From positions 1-64,000 of the forward strand of contig JBFLWF010000009.1 in NCBI GenBank assembly GCA_040758355.1: a stretch of 64,000 nt of DNA. The letters run 5' to 3'. The notes below the pieces were generated by a model that had not been told where the DNA came from, did not search any database, and was given only the letters and a program-made list of their open reading frames with translations. Position numbers and translations under genes: made by a program. Positions 9,236 to 21,031 of the stretch are shown here, piece after piece; positions within the stretch are counted from its first letter, which is position 1; each line of letters starts with the position of its first letter. Source of the stretch: Nitrospirota bacterium. GTDB lineage: Bacteria > Nitrospirota > Thermodesulfovibrionia > Thermodesulfovibrionales > Dissulfurispiraceae.

Positions 9236-10171
9236 ATGACCCGGAGATATAATGCATTCGGCCCATATTTAAAAAACAAATTCGGTACGGTAGTCTACAA
9301 GGTGAATGTGGATGCAGGCTTCACCTGTCCAAACAGGGACGGTACACTCGGAGTAACAGGCTGCATATACTGCAACAACGACAGCTTCAGGCCTTTCAGA
9401 TGCAAGCCCGAGCTTTCCATAAAAGAGCAGATAAGAAACGGGATAGGGTATCTTTCAGGAAGATATAAGGCCAGAAAATTCCTCGTGTATTTTCAGCCTT
9501 ACACAAACACATATGCATCTGTATCGGAGTTGGAGCAGCTTTACAGTGAGGCATTGTCCGGATTTTCGGCAGAGCCCTCAGTAATAGGCCTTGCCATAGG
9601 CACGAGGCCTGACTGCGTGGACGAAGAAAAGATCGAATTGCTTGAAACCCTCGCAAGGGACTATTTCATCCTTGTTGAATATGGATTGCAATCCATATAC
9701 GACAAATCCCTTAGCTATATCCTCAGAGGGCATGATTATCAAACATTCCTCGATGCCGTGAATATGACTAAAGACCGCGGCATCCATATCGGCGCCCATA
9801 TCATCGCTGGATTTCCGACAGAGACGGCCGATGAGATGGTCGCAATGGCTGATGAGATTTCGGGCCTTCCCGTGGAATTCTTGAAGATACACCAGTTGCA
9901 GATTGTCAAAGATACAGTTCTTGCAGAGCAATACATGAAAGAGGCTTTTCATACATTTGAATACGAGGAGTATCTCGATTTCCTCGTGGATTTTATCGAG
10001 CGTCTTTCGCCTGATATAGTTCTCCAGAGGCTCTTCGCAACCGCCCCTGATGAGATCCTCATAGCGCCCCAATGGGGAAGAACAAGGCAACAAATCATCC
10101 ATGACATAGAGGAGAGGTTTCTAAAAAAAGATGCTGTCCAGGGTTCTAAGTGCGTGTGTTTACGGCATTGA
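9236..10171 (+). CDS. TIGR01212/YhcC-family radical SAM protein
   Basis: GFTCPNRDG---GCIYC, YFQ-YTNTY and GTRPDC motifs. Confidence 0.9.
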   Translation: MTRRYNAFGPYLKNKFGTVVYKVNVDAGFTCPNRDGTLGVTGCIYCNNDSFRPFRCKPELSIKEQIRNGIGYLSGRYKARKFLVYFQPYTNTYASVSELEQLYSEALSGFSAEPSVIGLAIGTRPDCVDEEKIELLETLARDYFILVEYGLQSIYDKSLSYILRGHDYQTFLDAVNMTKDRGIHIGAHIIAGFPTETADEMVAMADEISGLPVEFLKIHQLQIVKDTVLAEQYMKEAFHTFEYEEYLDFLVDFIERLSPDIVLQRLFATAPDEILIAPQWGRTRQQIIHDIEERFLKKDAVQGSKCVCLRH

Positions 10172-11663
10172 TGCACATTTAGTCGAGGTCGAAGTAGACA
10201 TTACATCCAAAGGTCTTCCACACTTCTCGATGGTCGGCCTTCCCGATGCTGCTGTCAAGGAGAGCAGGGACAGGATAAAGGCTGCCCTGAAAAACATAGG
10301 CTTCAATTTCCCCTTAAAACAGATTACTGTCAATCTTGCGCCTGCTGATTTGAAAAAGGAAGGGTCGTCCTTTGACCTTCCAATTGCAGTAGGAATAATA
10401 GCAGCAGAGGAAGTGATACCGACAAATCCCCTCAATGATTATATCCTTGCAGGAGAGCTTTCCCTCGACGGAAAGATAAAACCCATAAGGGGGGCATTGC
10501 CCGTAGCAATCGAGGCAAAACGGCTCGGACTGAAGGGCGTTATCCTTCCGAAGGAGAACGCAGCAGAGGCAGCAGTGGTAAACGGAATAGATGTATTCGG
10601 CATGGATGGGCTTCCGGAGGTTATAGAGTTTTTAAGCGGAATATCAAAAAGAGAGCCCTTCGTAATTGACATAAACACTACAATGACAGAGAGCTCCTTA
10701 TACGAGGATGATTTCTCTGATGTCAAGGGACAGGAGCATGCAAAAAGGGCATTGGAGGTTGCAGCAGCAGGCTCGCACAACATGCTGATGATAGGCCCTC
10801 CAGGAAGCGGCAAGACCATGCTTGCAAAACGTATACCCTCCATCCTTCCTCCAATGACATTCGATGAGGCCCTCGAAACAACAAAGATCCACAGCGTTGC
10901 AGGGCTTTTGAAAAACGGCCAGTCCCTTCTTGCAACGAGGCCTTTCAGAACGCCACATCATACGGTTTCTGATATTGCACTTATAGGCGGCGGACAAACA
11001 CCCCGTCCTGGCGAGGTATCCCTGTCACATCACGGAATACTCTTCCTCGATGAATTGCCTGAATTCAAAAGGAATGTTTTAGAGGTACTAAGACAGCCTC
11101 TCGAAAACGGTTTCGTTACAGTATCGAGGGCTCTTGCGAGCGTAACATATCCTGCGCAATTCGTTCTCGTTGCGGCAATGAACCCTTGCCCCTGCGGATA
11201 TTTTGGAGACTCAAGGCATCAATGCACATGCACACCGCGCATGATAAGCAGGTACAGATCAAGGGTTTCAGGGCCATTACTTGATCGCATCGACATTCAC
11301 ACAGACGTTCCTGCTGTGCCTTATAAAGAACTGTCCAACGACTATGCCGGGGAAAGATCGGAGGTTATAAGACAGAGGGTTACAGAGGCGAGGCAAAGGC
11401 AGTTGAAGAGATTTAAAGACGATAAGATATTTGCCAATGGACAGATGAAGACAAGGCATATCAAGAAATACTGCAAGCTTACAGAGGACGCTCACAGCCT
11501 TCTTGATGCAGCCATGCAGAGGCTTGCCTTAAGCGCCCGTGCTTATTCGAGGATATTGAAGGTATCAAGGACAATTGCTGATCTGGATGGCTCGGATGAC
11601 ATACACAGCCATCATGTCTCAGAGGCAATACAGTACAGGACGCTGGACAGAGGGCAGGTTTAA
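10131..11663 (+). CDS. comM: ComM/YifB Mg-chelatase-like AAA ATPase
   Basis: VGLPDAAVKES, NLAPADL-KEGS-FDLP, GPPGSGKT and NPCPCG motifs. Confidence 0.92.
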   Translation: MLSRVLSACVYGIDAHLVEVEVDITSKGLPHFSMVGLPDAAVKESRDRIKAALKNIGFNFPLKQITVNLAPADLKKEGSSFDLPIAVGIIAAEEVIPTNPLNDYILAGELSLDGKIKPIRGALPVAIEAKRLGLKGVILPKENAAEAAVVNGIDVFGMDGLPEVIEFLSGISKREPFVIDINTTMTESSLYEDDFSDVKGQEHAKRALEVAAAGSHNMLMIGPPGSGKTMLAKRIPSILPPMTFDEALETTKIHSVAGLLKNGQSLLATRPFRTPHHTVSDIALIGGGQTPRPGEVSLSHHGILFLDELPEFKRNVLEVLRQPLENGFVTVSRALASVTYPAQFVLVAAMNPCPCGYFGDSRHQCTCTPRMISRYRSRVSGPLLDRIDIHTDVPAVPYKELSNDYAGERSEVIRQRVTEARQRQLKRFKDDKIFANGQMKTRHIKKYCKLTEDAHSLLDAAMQRLALSARAYSRILKVSRTIADLDGSDDIHSHHVSEAIQYRTLDRGQV

Positions 11664-11679
11664 ATCTCAATCACAGTAT

Positions 11680-12021
11680 TTACTCGGACAAAAATTCTAT
11701 GAATCTGCTGCCTGTCTTATCAGGGACAGGCTGTTTCGTTAATTCCAACCTCTCCTCATACAACTTTATCTCCTCTTCAATATTCCTTTTTGTCTCCACA
11801 AGGAGGAACCTCAGGTATCCATCATCTTGAGGACTGATGCCCCTGAGACGTTCCTTCAGTGTAAGGAAATAACAGTAATGAAACAGGTCTTCGCCGGCCT
11901 GGTAGCACCTGATGTCAATGGCCTCTTTGGCCTTTCTCAGAAAGAACAGCTTCTCCGAGGAAGTAAATTCCCTGATGAATTTTTCCTTGAGCTCTTTTCT
12001 TAGTGACAAATTATCAGACAT
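11680..12021 (-). CDS. Hypothetical protein
   Basis: 113-aa ORF with RBS GAGG, co-oriented with the nitroreductase gene. Confidence 0.6.
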   Translation of the reverse strand: MSDNLSLRKELKEKFIREFTSSEKLFFLRKAKEAIDIRCYQAGEDLFHYCYFLTLKERLRGISPQDDGYLRFLLVETKRNIEEEIKLYEERLELTKQPVPDKTGSRFIEFLSE

Positions 12022-12031
12022 TGTGTCTTCC

Positions 12032-12739
12032 TCATTTCCTCCCCACAGGCATTATGCACAGGGGATGTTTTTCATCAGGCATGTTCATGACCTTTCTTAC
12101 TGCTTCGTCCCAGAAGGCTCCCATGACAACTGTTCCGAGATTTAAGGATTGTGCCTGTAAATAGATATTCTGCGCTGCATGCCCTGCTTCCATGTGAACA
12201 TACCTGCTGCCCCTTTCTCCATACTTTTTTGTTGTCCGTTCATAAACAGCAGACAGCACAATAACAGCAGCGCCTTTTCTAATCCAGTACTGGCCTAAGG
12301 CAGCAAGGGTCAACTCGTTTTTCACATCTCCATGTTTAACCTTCACAAGTTCATGCTTATGCGGGCTGTACTTGTAAGCGCCTTTTGCGATTCCCTTCAC
12401 GTTGAAAATGGCTATGTAAATTTCGAGGGGATATAAAGCACCAGCCGATGGCGCAGTCCTGAATCCCCTTGAATCGGTTATCCCCTGCGCTGCCCATAGG
12501 AGTTGTGAGACCTCATTTATTGTCAATGGCTCGTCCCTGAGATCCCTGACCGATCTCCTCTCAAGCAGGGCTTTTTCCACAGAAGTTGTACTGTCATGTC
12601 TTGGCAATGGCAGTTTTATCTTTTCATTGATTAAATCCCTCTTGGCCGGCTGCGATAAACCAGAGGATAAACCTGTTGTTACGGCAATAAATGCCAAGAA
12701 TATAATTACAAATATTTTATTCATAGATACCATAAACAT
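12032..12739 (-). CDS. SagB/ThcOx-family nitroreductase-like dehydrogenase
   Basis: RRSVR, LLWAAQG, RTAPSAGALYP and EAGHAAQN motifs; N-terminal signal-like segment. Confidence 0.88.
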   Translation of the reverse strand: MFMVSMNKIFVIIFLAFIAVTTGLSSGLSQPAKRDLINEKIKLPLPRHDSTTSVEKALLERRSVRDLRDEPLTINEVSQLLWAAQGITDSRGFRTAPSAGALYPLEIYIAIFNVKGIAKGAYKYSPHKHELVKVKHGDVKNELTLAALGQYWIRKGAAVIVLSAVYERTTKKYGERGSRYVHMEAGHAAQNIYLQAQSLNLGTVVMGAFWDEAVRKVMNMPDEKHPLCIMPVGRK

Positions 12740-12833
12740 ATCTTAAATTGACCGTTCTTTCAAGCAGAGACGTCTCTTGATACTTTTCGTGGTATAATTT
12801 GTCATGGCAAGGCCGAGAGCGACAGAGGGGAAA

Positions 12834-13841
12834 ATGCCTGAACTCAGATTGAATTTAGTAACTCGTGAATGGGTTATTGTTGAAAAGGCCACAGGTGTTA
12901 ATCCTGTTGATTTCATTGAAAAAAGAGCCGCCAAAAAGTTGCCGGAATATCTGGACGCCTGCCACTTCTGCTTTGGAAACGAAGGTTTTGTCCCTGATGA
13001 GGTGTATCGCATCGAGGGCGAAAAGGGCTGGGCAGTGAGGGTTGTGCGGAATAAATTTTCGAGGCTTTCAGCAGAAGGGGCTCATATGCGCTGGAGCGAT
13101 AGATTGCAGAGGTCTGCCAATGCAGTAGGCGTGCACGAGATCGTCATAGAGACCCCCTTTCATAATCTCTCAACTGCAGACCTGCATATCCAGCAATTGA
13201 AGTCTGTTATCGAGACTTACAGGAACCGTTTTATAGAAATGTACAAGGACGCAAGGGTGGAGTATGTAGTTATATTCAAAAACAGCGGGGTCAGTTCCGG
13301 AACCTCCTTTGAGCATTCACTCAGCCATGTCGTTGGAATCCCTGTGACGCCATTGCAGATAAGGGATAGGATGGAGGCATACATGAGGTTTTATGATGAC
13401 ACGGGCGAGTGCTTGATGTGTAAAATGCTTGGCGAGGAACTCCAGGCAGGCTCAAGGGTAATAGTAAATACAGAACATTTCGTGTCATTTATACCTTATG
13501 CTGCAATGTCGCCATTTCATATATGGATATTCCCAAAAAGGCATTCCGGATCGATTGCTGACATGAGCAATGAAGAAATGCGGGACTTTGCTTCAAATCT
13601 TAAATCTACCCTGTCAAAGTTATATTACGGCCTCGAAAATCCTGACTTCAATTATGCAATACGATCAGGTGGAATCAATGACACTAAATCGAAATTCATA
13701 CACTGGTATATATCCATAGTGCCGAGGATAGGGTATATATCGGGATTTGAGATTGCAAGCGGCATGTATATAAATCCTATAGAGCCGGAAGCAAGTGCAC
13801 AATTCCTTAGGAATGTACAGATACCGGAAGGGCATAAATAA
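12834..13841 (+). CDS. GalT-like (galactose-1-phosphate uridylyltransferase) protein lacking the catalytic His
   Basis: ELR---T-EWV, CHFC-GNE, NKF, HEIVIETP-H and GFE--SG-YINP motifs; HxHxQ appears as HSLSH. Confidence 0.8.
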   Translation: MPELRLNLVTREWVIVEKATGVNPVDFIEKRAAKKLPEYLDACHFCFGNEGFVPDEVYRIEGEKGWAVRVVRNKFSRLSAEGAHMRWSDRLQRSANAVGVHEIVIETPFHNLSTADLHIQQLKSVIETYRNRFIEMYKDARVEYVVIFKNSGVSSGTSFEHSLSHVVGIPVTPLQIRDRMEAYMRFYDDTGECLMCKMLGEELQAGSRVIVNTEHFVSFIPYAAMSPFHIWIFPKRHSGSIADMSNEEMRDFASNLKSTLSKLYYGLENPDFNYAIRSGGINDTKSKFIHWYISIVPRIGYISGFEIASGMYINPIEPEASAQFLRNVQIPEGHK

Positions 13842-13878
13842 TTTATAATACTATAATCTTCATCATCGGGAGGCATTT

Positions 13879-14211
13879 ATGACATCAAAGGCACCGCTTC
13901 ATTTTGAAATCAAGCCGGAATGGGAAGAAGCCATAAGGGAAGGGCATAAGACCATAGATGTGAGGGTTAATGCAAAACCATTTGCAGATGTGGAAAAGGA
14001 AGACATCATCCGCTACAGCTCTACAAAAGTAAAAGTCAAAAAGATCCGTGCATATCCTGGCCTATCAGATTTGCTCGCACATGAAGACCGCAGGAAAATA
14101 GTCCCTGAGGCAAAAGACAATCAAGAGGCTCTACAAAAGCTGCTTGAGGCAATTCCTCACAACGAGCCTCCCCACGGCGTGCTGGCATTCGAGATAGAGA
14201 AGGTGGGGTAA
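13879..14211 (+). CDS. ASCH-domain protein
   Basis: I--G-KTIDVR motif; 110 aa. Confidence 0.75.
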   Translation: MTSKAPLHFEIKPEWEEAIREGHKTIDVRVNAKPFADVEKEDIIRYSSTKVKVKKIRAYPGLSDLLAHEDRRKIVPEAKDNQEALQKLLEAIPHNEPPHGVLAFEIEKVG

Positions 14212-14214
14212 ATA

Positions 14215-14249
14215 AGAATCCCGGCATTTTTTAAATGTCGGGATTCTTC
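14215..14249. terminator. Hairpin between convergent genes (probable bidirectional terminator)
   Basis: AAGAATCCCGGCATT...AATGTCGGGATTCTT. Confidence 0.65.
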
Positions 14250-14258
14250 GAGGGTTCT

Positions 14259-14462
14259 TTATTTAATTTTAACTACATTGACTGCCTTGGGCCCTTTAGG
14301 TCCCTGTTCGACATCAAAGCTGACTCTGTCGCCCTCGGCAAGGGATTTGAATCCACTACCTTGAATGGAAGAATGGTGGACGAATATATCGCCGCCTTCA
14401 TCACTCGTAATAAAGCCAAAACCCTTGGAATCGTTGAACCACTTCACTGTACCTGTAGCCAT
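14259..14462 (-). CDS. cspA: Cold-shock protein
   Basis: [15 protein letters not shown] and DIFVH RNP motifs. Confidence 0.95.
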   Translation of the reverse strand: MATGTVKWFNDSKGFGFITSDEGGDIFVHHSSIQGSGFKSLAEGDRVSFDVEQGPKGPKAVNVVKIK

Positions 14463-14545
14463 TCAGAAATACCTCCTTGTGTAAAAAATAAAGTCTCATG
14501 GACTTCCTGCTGCATCACAGATGCGCAAACTGACAACTGAAACTT

Positions 14546-17062
<2,517 letters not shown>

Positions 17063-17064
17063 GC

Positions 17065-18165
17065 CTATAGCCTCATCGGCATTACTACGCATTTATAGTC
17101 CTCCCCTCCGTCCTCTGTAATCATGGCAGGGCTAAGGGGTTCATTCAGTTTAAGTATGACCTTTTCAGAAGACATGACATTTAATGCATCCAGTACATAC
17201 CTCGCATTGAAGGCCATGGTCATTGCATCTCCTGAATAGCTTGCGCTGATCTCATCGCTTGCCTCTCCAAGGTCTGGGTTTGAGGCAGAAATCACCATAT
17301 TGCTGGAATCTATATCCACCTTTACCGCGTTGCTCCTCTCCCTGCTCATTATCGAGACCCTTCTCAGGGACTTTGTTAGCAGGTTCCTGTCCACCGTGAG
17401 TATCTTCTCGTTTGCAGTTGGAATGACCTGTTCATAATTTGGATATGTCCCCTCTATCAGCCTTGTCAGAAACTGTATGTCGTCTATCTTAAAAAGGACA
17501 TGGTTTTTCCCAACAACAACCTTTACGGGTTTTGCTTCATCGCTTAAAAATCGCCTCAGCTCGGCTACGGACTTTCTCGAAACAATCATCTTTTTCTCTT
17601 CTTTTGATTTGGATGCTATGGCCCTTTCAGAAAGCGCCAGCCTGTGGCCGTCTGTACCGACAACAATAAGCGCTCCGCCGGGTTTTACATGAAAGAGAAG
17701 GCCGTTCAGTACATACCTTGTATCCGACTCTCCAGCAGCGTATATGGATTTGTCTATCATCTCGAGGAGCAGTGAAGAGTCTATCTCCATTTCTTCTGTT
17801 GATTCAAGGGAGGGCCAGACAGGGAAATCGTCTGCAGAGAGGCTTGCAAGGCGGAAATTGCTCTTTCCCGATTTAACCTTTACCCATTGGGTGTCTGCGG
17901 ATTCGAGGTTTACTTCTCCGTCCATCTCCTTTACAATCTCGAACAGCTTCCTTGCAGGAATGCACATCCTGCCTTCTTCTGCTATGCCGAGTTTAATTGG
18001 CTCTTTAAAAGCTGTTTCAAGGTCTGTGGCAGTAATATACGCCCCCCCCTTTTCTGCTGTGAGAAGGAAGTGGTTCAATATGGGCATGGTATTTTTCTTT
18101 TCCACGATATTCTGGATATCGGAAAGTTTCTTTTGCAATTCGTCCTTTTCTACTGATACCTTCAT
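17065..18165 (-). CDS. dnaN: DNA polymerase III beta clamp
   Basis: ATDLE, TDGHRL, FNARY and VVMPMRL motifs; downstream of dnaA. Confidence 0.97.
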   Translation of the reverse strand: MKVSVEKDELQKKLSDIQNIVEKKNTMPILNHFLLTAEKGGAYITATDLETAFKEPIKLGIAEEGRMCIPARKLFEIVKEMDGEVNLESADTQWVKVKSGKSNFRLASLSADDFPVWPSLESTEEMEIDSSLLLEMIDKSIYAAGESDTRYVLNGLLFHVKPGGALIVVGTDGHRLALSERAIASKSKEEKKMIVSRKSVAELRRFLSDEAKPVKVVVGKNHVLFKIDDIQFLTRLIEGTYPNYEQVIPTANEKILTVDRNLLTKSLRRVSIMSRERSNAVKVDIDSSNMVISASNPDLGEASDEISASYSGDAMTMAFNARYVLDALNVMSSEKVILKLNEPLSPAMITEDGGEDYKCVVMPMRL

Positions 18166-18187
18166 TGTTCCCTCCGTTTTATAGAGA

Positions 18188-19531
18188 TTATCCTCTCAGC
18201 TTTTTATTAATATTCTCTATGCTTTTATTCAGGTTTTCATCCCTGCTGCGCCTGTCCTCTATCTGCTTGCATGCATAGATCACAGTGGCGTGGTCCTTTC
18301 CGCCAAAGCACCTGCCGATTTCGCTTAAGGATAGCTGCGTATGCTGCTTTGCGATATACATTGCTATCTGCCGTGCATTTGCCACTTCCTTCGTGCGCTT
18401 TTTTGTTTTCAGCTCCTGTGCCTTCATCCCGAAATATTCACAGACTGCCTTTTGTATGGTCTCTACGGTTATGGGTTTGTCGTCTTCGGATATCAGGTCT
18501 TTCAGCACATTCTTTGCCATATTTATGTCTATTGGCATGCCTGTGAGTGACGCATGGGCGCCTAACTTTATAAGGCATCCCTCCAGCTCTCTTATGTTGG
18601 ACTTTATCTTCGTGGCTATGAAATATGCTACTTCGTCGTTTATTGAGAGCTTCTCCGCATCCGCCTTTTTATATATAATTGCAACCTTTGTCTCTACCTC
18701 CGGAGACTGTATGTCCGCAATAAGCCCCATGCTGAATCTCGACCTGAGCCTGTCTGTAATATCCGCTATTTCCATGGGCGACCTGTCGCTGGAGATCACT
18801 ATCTGCCTCTGCTTTTCATAAAGGGAATTGAATGTGTGAAAGAACTCCTCCTGCGTTGTGGTCTTTCCTGATATGAACTGTATGTCGTCGATAAGCAATA
18901 CATCAACATTTCTGTATTTCTCTTTTAGTTCCGCCATCTTTTCGTGCCTTATGGATGAGATGACCTCGTTGGTGAACTGTTCTGCAGAGACATAATAGAC
19001 TATCATCCCTGGATTTTTATCCACTATGGCATTTCCGATTGCATTTATTATGTGCGTCTTGCCGAGACCGACTCCGCCGTATATGAATAACGGATTGTAG
19101 GCATAGCCCGGGTTCTCTCCAACCCTCATGGCAGCAGCATGGGCAAACTGGTTTGAAGGACCCACAACAAAGGTATCAAAGGTATATCTCGGATTTAAAT
19201 AAATGCCCCTGCTTGCCAGTTTGTTCCTTCTGTTTTCGAGCCTCGAATCCATCCTCCTTAGGGCAGCATCCTCTTTCTCTGCAGTCTTGTATTTTACGGT
19301 CAGGGGATATCCGAGGATGCTTTCCACAGCGTCTGCAATAATTGTAGGATAATTGTCCTCTATCCAGTCTCTGAAAAACCTATTCGGAATCTCCAGTGCT
19401 ATAGTTTTGTCTTTCAGTTGAAGGAGTTTTATTGGCTTGAACCAAAGGTCAAAGGTGCTGTCTCCAACCTTTTCAGCAATCTTGGAGAGGCTTTTATCCC
19501 ATATTTTTTCTATGTTGGTAACCGCTGCCAT
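18188..19531 (-). CDS. dnaA: Chromosomal replication initiator DnaA
   Basis: YNPLFIYGGVGLGKTH, LLIDDIQF, TQEEFFHTFN and GGKDHATV motifs. Confidence 0.98.
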   Translation of the reverse strand: MAAVTNIEKIWDKSLSKIAEKVGDSTFDLWFKPIKLLQLKDKTIALEIPNRFFRDWIEDNYPTIIADAVESILGYPLTVKYKTAEKEDAALRRMDSRLENRRNKLASRGIYLNPRYTFDTFVVGPSNQFAHAAAMRVGENPGYAYNPLFIYGGVGLGKTHIINAIGNAIVDKNPGMIVYYVSAEQFTNEVISSIRHEKMAELKEKYRNVDVLLIDDIQFISGKTTTQEEFFHTFNSLYEKQRQIVISSDRSPMEIADITDRLRSRFSMGLIADIQSPEVETKVAIIYKKADAEKLSINDEVAYFIATKIKSNIRELEGCLIKLGAHASLTGMPIDINMAKNVLKDLISEDDKPITVETIQKAVCEYFGMKAQELKTKKRTKEVANARQIAMYIAKQHTQLSLSEIGRCFGGKDHATVIYACKQIEDRRSRDENLNKSIENINKKLRG

Positions 19532-19559
19532 CCCTTATCCTCTTCTGAGAAAACTGAAA

Positions 19560-19825
19560 TGTCCATTATTTATTAACATGTTATTAACATTTGTTAATAA
19601 TTCCATCCACTTTCACCTGCTCATTATAGCCTATATGTTAAAACAAGGGCAATAATATGTTAGTTAATAAGAACCGAAAATCTTTTCAACACCAAATGCA
19701 ATTCCATATAAAAACAATACTGATTTCTTACATCTATAACTTATTGATAAATAAATATCTATATAGATTATTAACAAATAAACAGTGCCTACTATAACTA
19801 CTATTTATTATTTAAATAAAAGAAT
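19560..19825. other. Chromosomal replication origin (oriC) with non-canonical TTATTAACA boxes, DnaA-trios and AT-rich unwinding element
   Basis: TTATTAACA at 19570, 19581, 19768 and inverted at 19592; 19768-19821 reads TTATTAACA-AATAAACA-GTGC-CTA CTA TAA CTA CTA-AT-rich; intergenic, upstream of dnaA. Confidence 0.85.
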
Positions 19826-19832
19826 AGTAGTA

Positions 19833-20946
19833 TTACTTCTTAGTATTTGTTAAGATTTTTAGATATCCCTCAATAAAGGCATCGATATCTCCATCAAGAA
19901 CTGCATCCACATTGCCGACCTCTATATTAGTCCTGTGGTCTTTAACAAGCCTGTAAGGCTGAAGCACATAAGATCTTATCTGATTTCCCCATGATATCTC
20001 CTTTTTATCGCCTACTATACCTTCAAGTTTCTGTTCCCTCTCTTTGAGAGATATATCATAGAGCCTCGATTTTAATATCTTCATTGCAAATTCCCTGTTT
20101 CTGTGCTGTGACCTCTCACTCTGGCACGAAACTATTATTCCTGTAGGAATATGGGTAATCCTTACAGCAGATGAGACCTTATTCACGTGCTGTCCGCCTG
20201 CACCTGAAGCCCTGAAGGTGTCTGTTTTCAGATCCTCATCCCTTATCTCTATCTTAATATCATCCTCTATTTCAGGATACACAAGCACGGCAGAAAAGGA
20301 TGTATGCCTTCTCTTATTTGCATCAAAGGGCGATATTCTTACGAGTCTGTGTATGCCGGCCTCTGCCTTCAGATAGCCATAGGCATAAGGGCCTTCGACC
20401 GTGAAGGTCACTCCCTTGATCCCAGCCTCATCCCCTATCTGTAAATCAACTATTTCCGTCCTGTATCTATGCATCTCAGCCCATCGCAGGTACATCCTCA
20501 TCAGGATCTGCGCCCAATCCTGGCTCTCTGTACCGCCTGCACCCGGATGGATTGTCACTATCGCACTATTTTTATCAACATCTCCTGAAAGGAGGAGTTT
20601 TAATTCTATAGCCTCTAAATCTTTTCTGAGCTCATCAGCCTCTCTTTTAATGTCCTCAAAGAATATCTCCCCCTCATCCTCGCTCAGGATTGCAAGAGAC
20701 TCCTCGAGGTAAAGGATCTTGTTTATTGCATTTTCTATGGGCCGTATGGTCTCTTCGATATTGGCCTTTGCCTTCTGCAGACCCTTCAGTTTTTCTGGAG
20801 AAGACCATACGTCTTCAGATGATAGTTCCTTCTCTATATTCGACAGTTCGGTCTTGAGCCTGTCGACATCAAAGATAACCTCTTAAAGAGGCTGCCTTCT
20901 CTTTTAATTCAGAAATGTAATCTTTAAGCTCGTTCTGTAACAGCAT
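19833..20946 (-). CDS. prfB: Peptide chain release factor 2 with programmed +1 frameshift
   Basis: SPF and GGQ motifs; upstream frame MLLQNEL...RGYL from ATG 20946 ends at CTT TGA (20874-20869) after SD-like AGAGG; the +1 frame continues DVDRLKTEL into the ORF-track frame. Confidence 0.93.
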
Positions 20947-20970
20947 ATCTATTCCTCCATATATATTCTA

Positions 20971-21031
20971 AGTGACTAAGTCATTGAGTAATTAAGTAAT
21001 TACTTATTTACTCATTCACTCATTTACTTAT
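20971..21031. repeat. Palindrome of 8-bp tandem units
   Basis: ctaagtca ttgagtaa ttaagtaa / ttacttat ttactcat tcactcat ttacttat in the lnt-prfB spacer. Confidence 0.65.
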
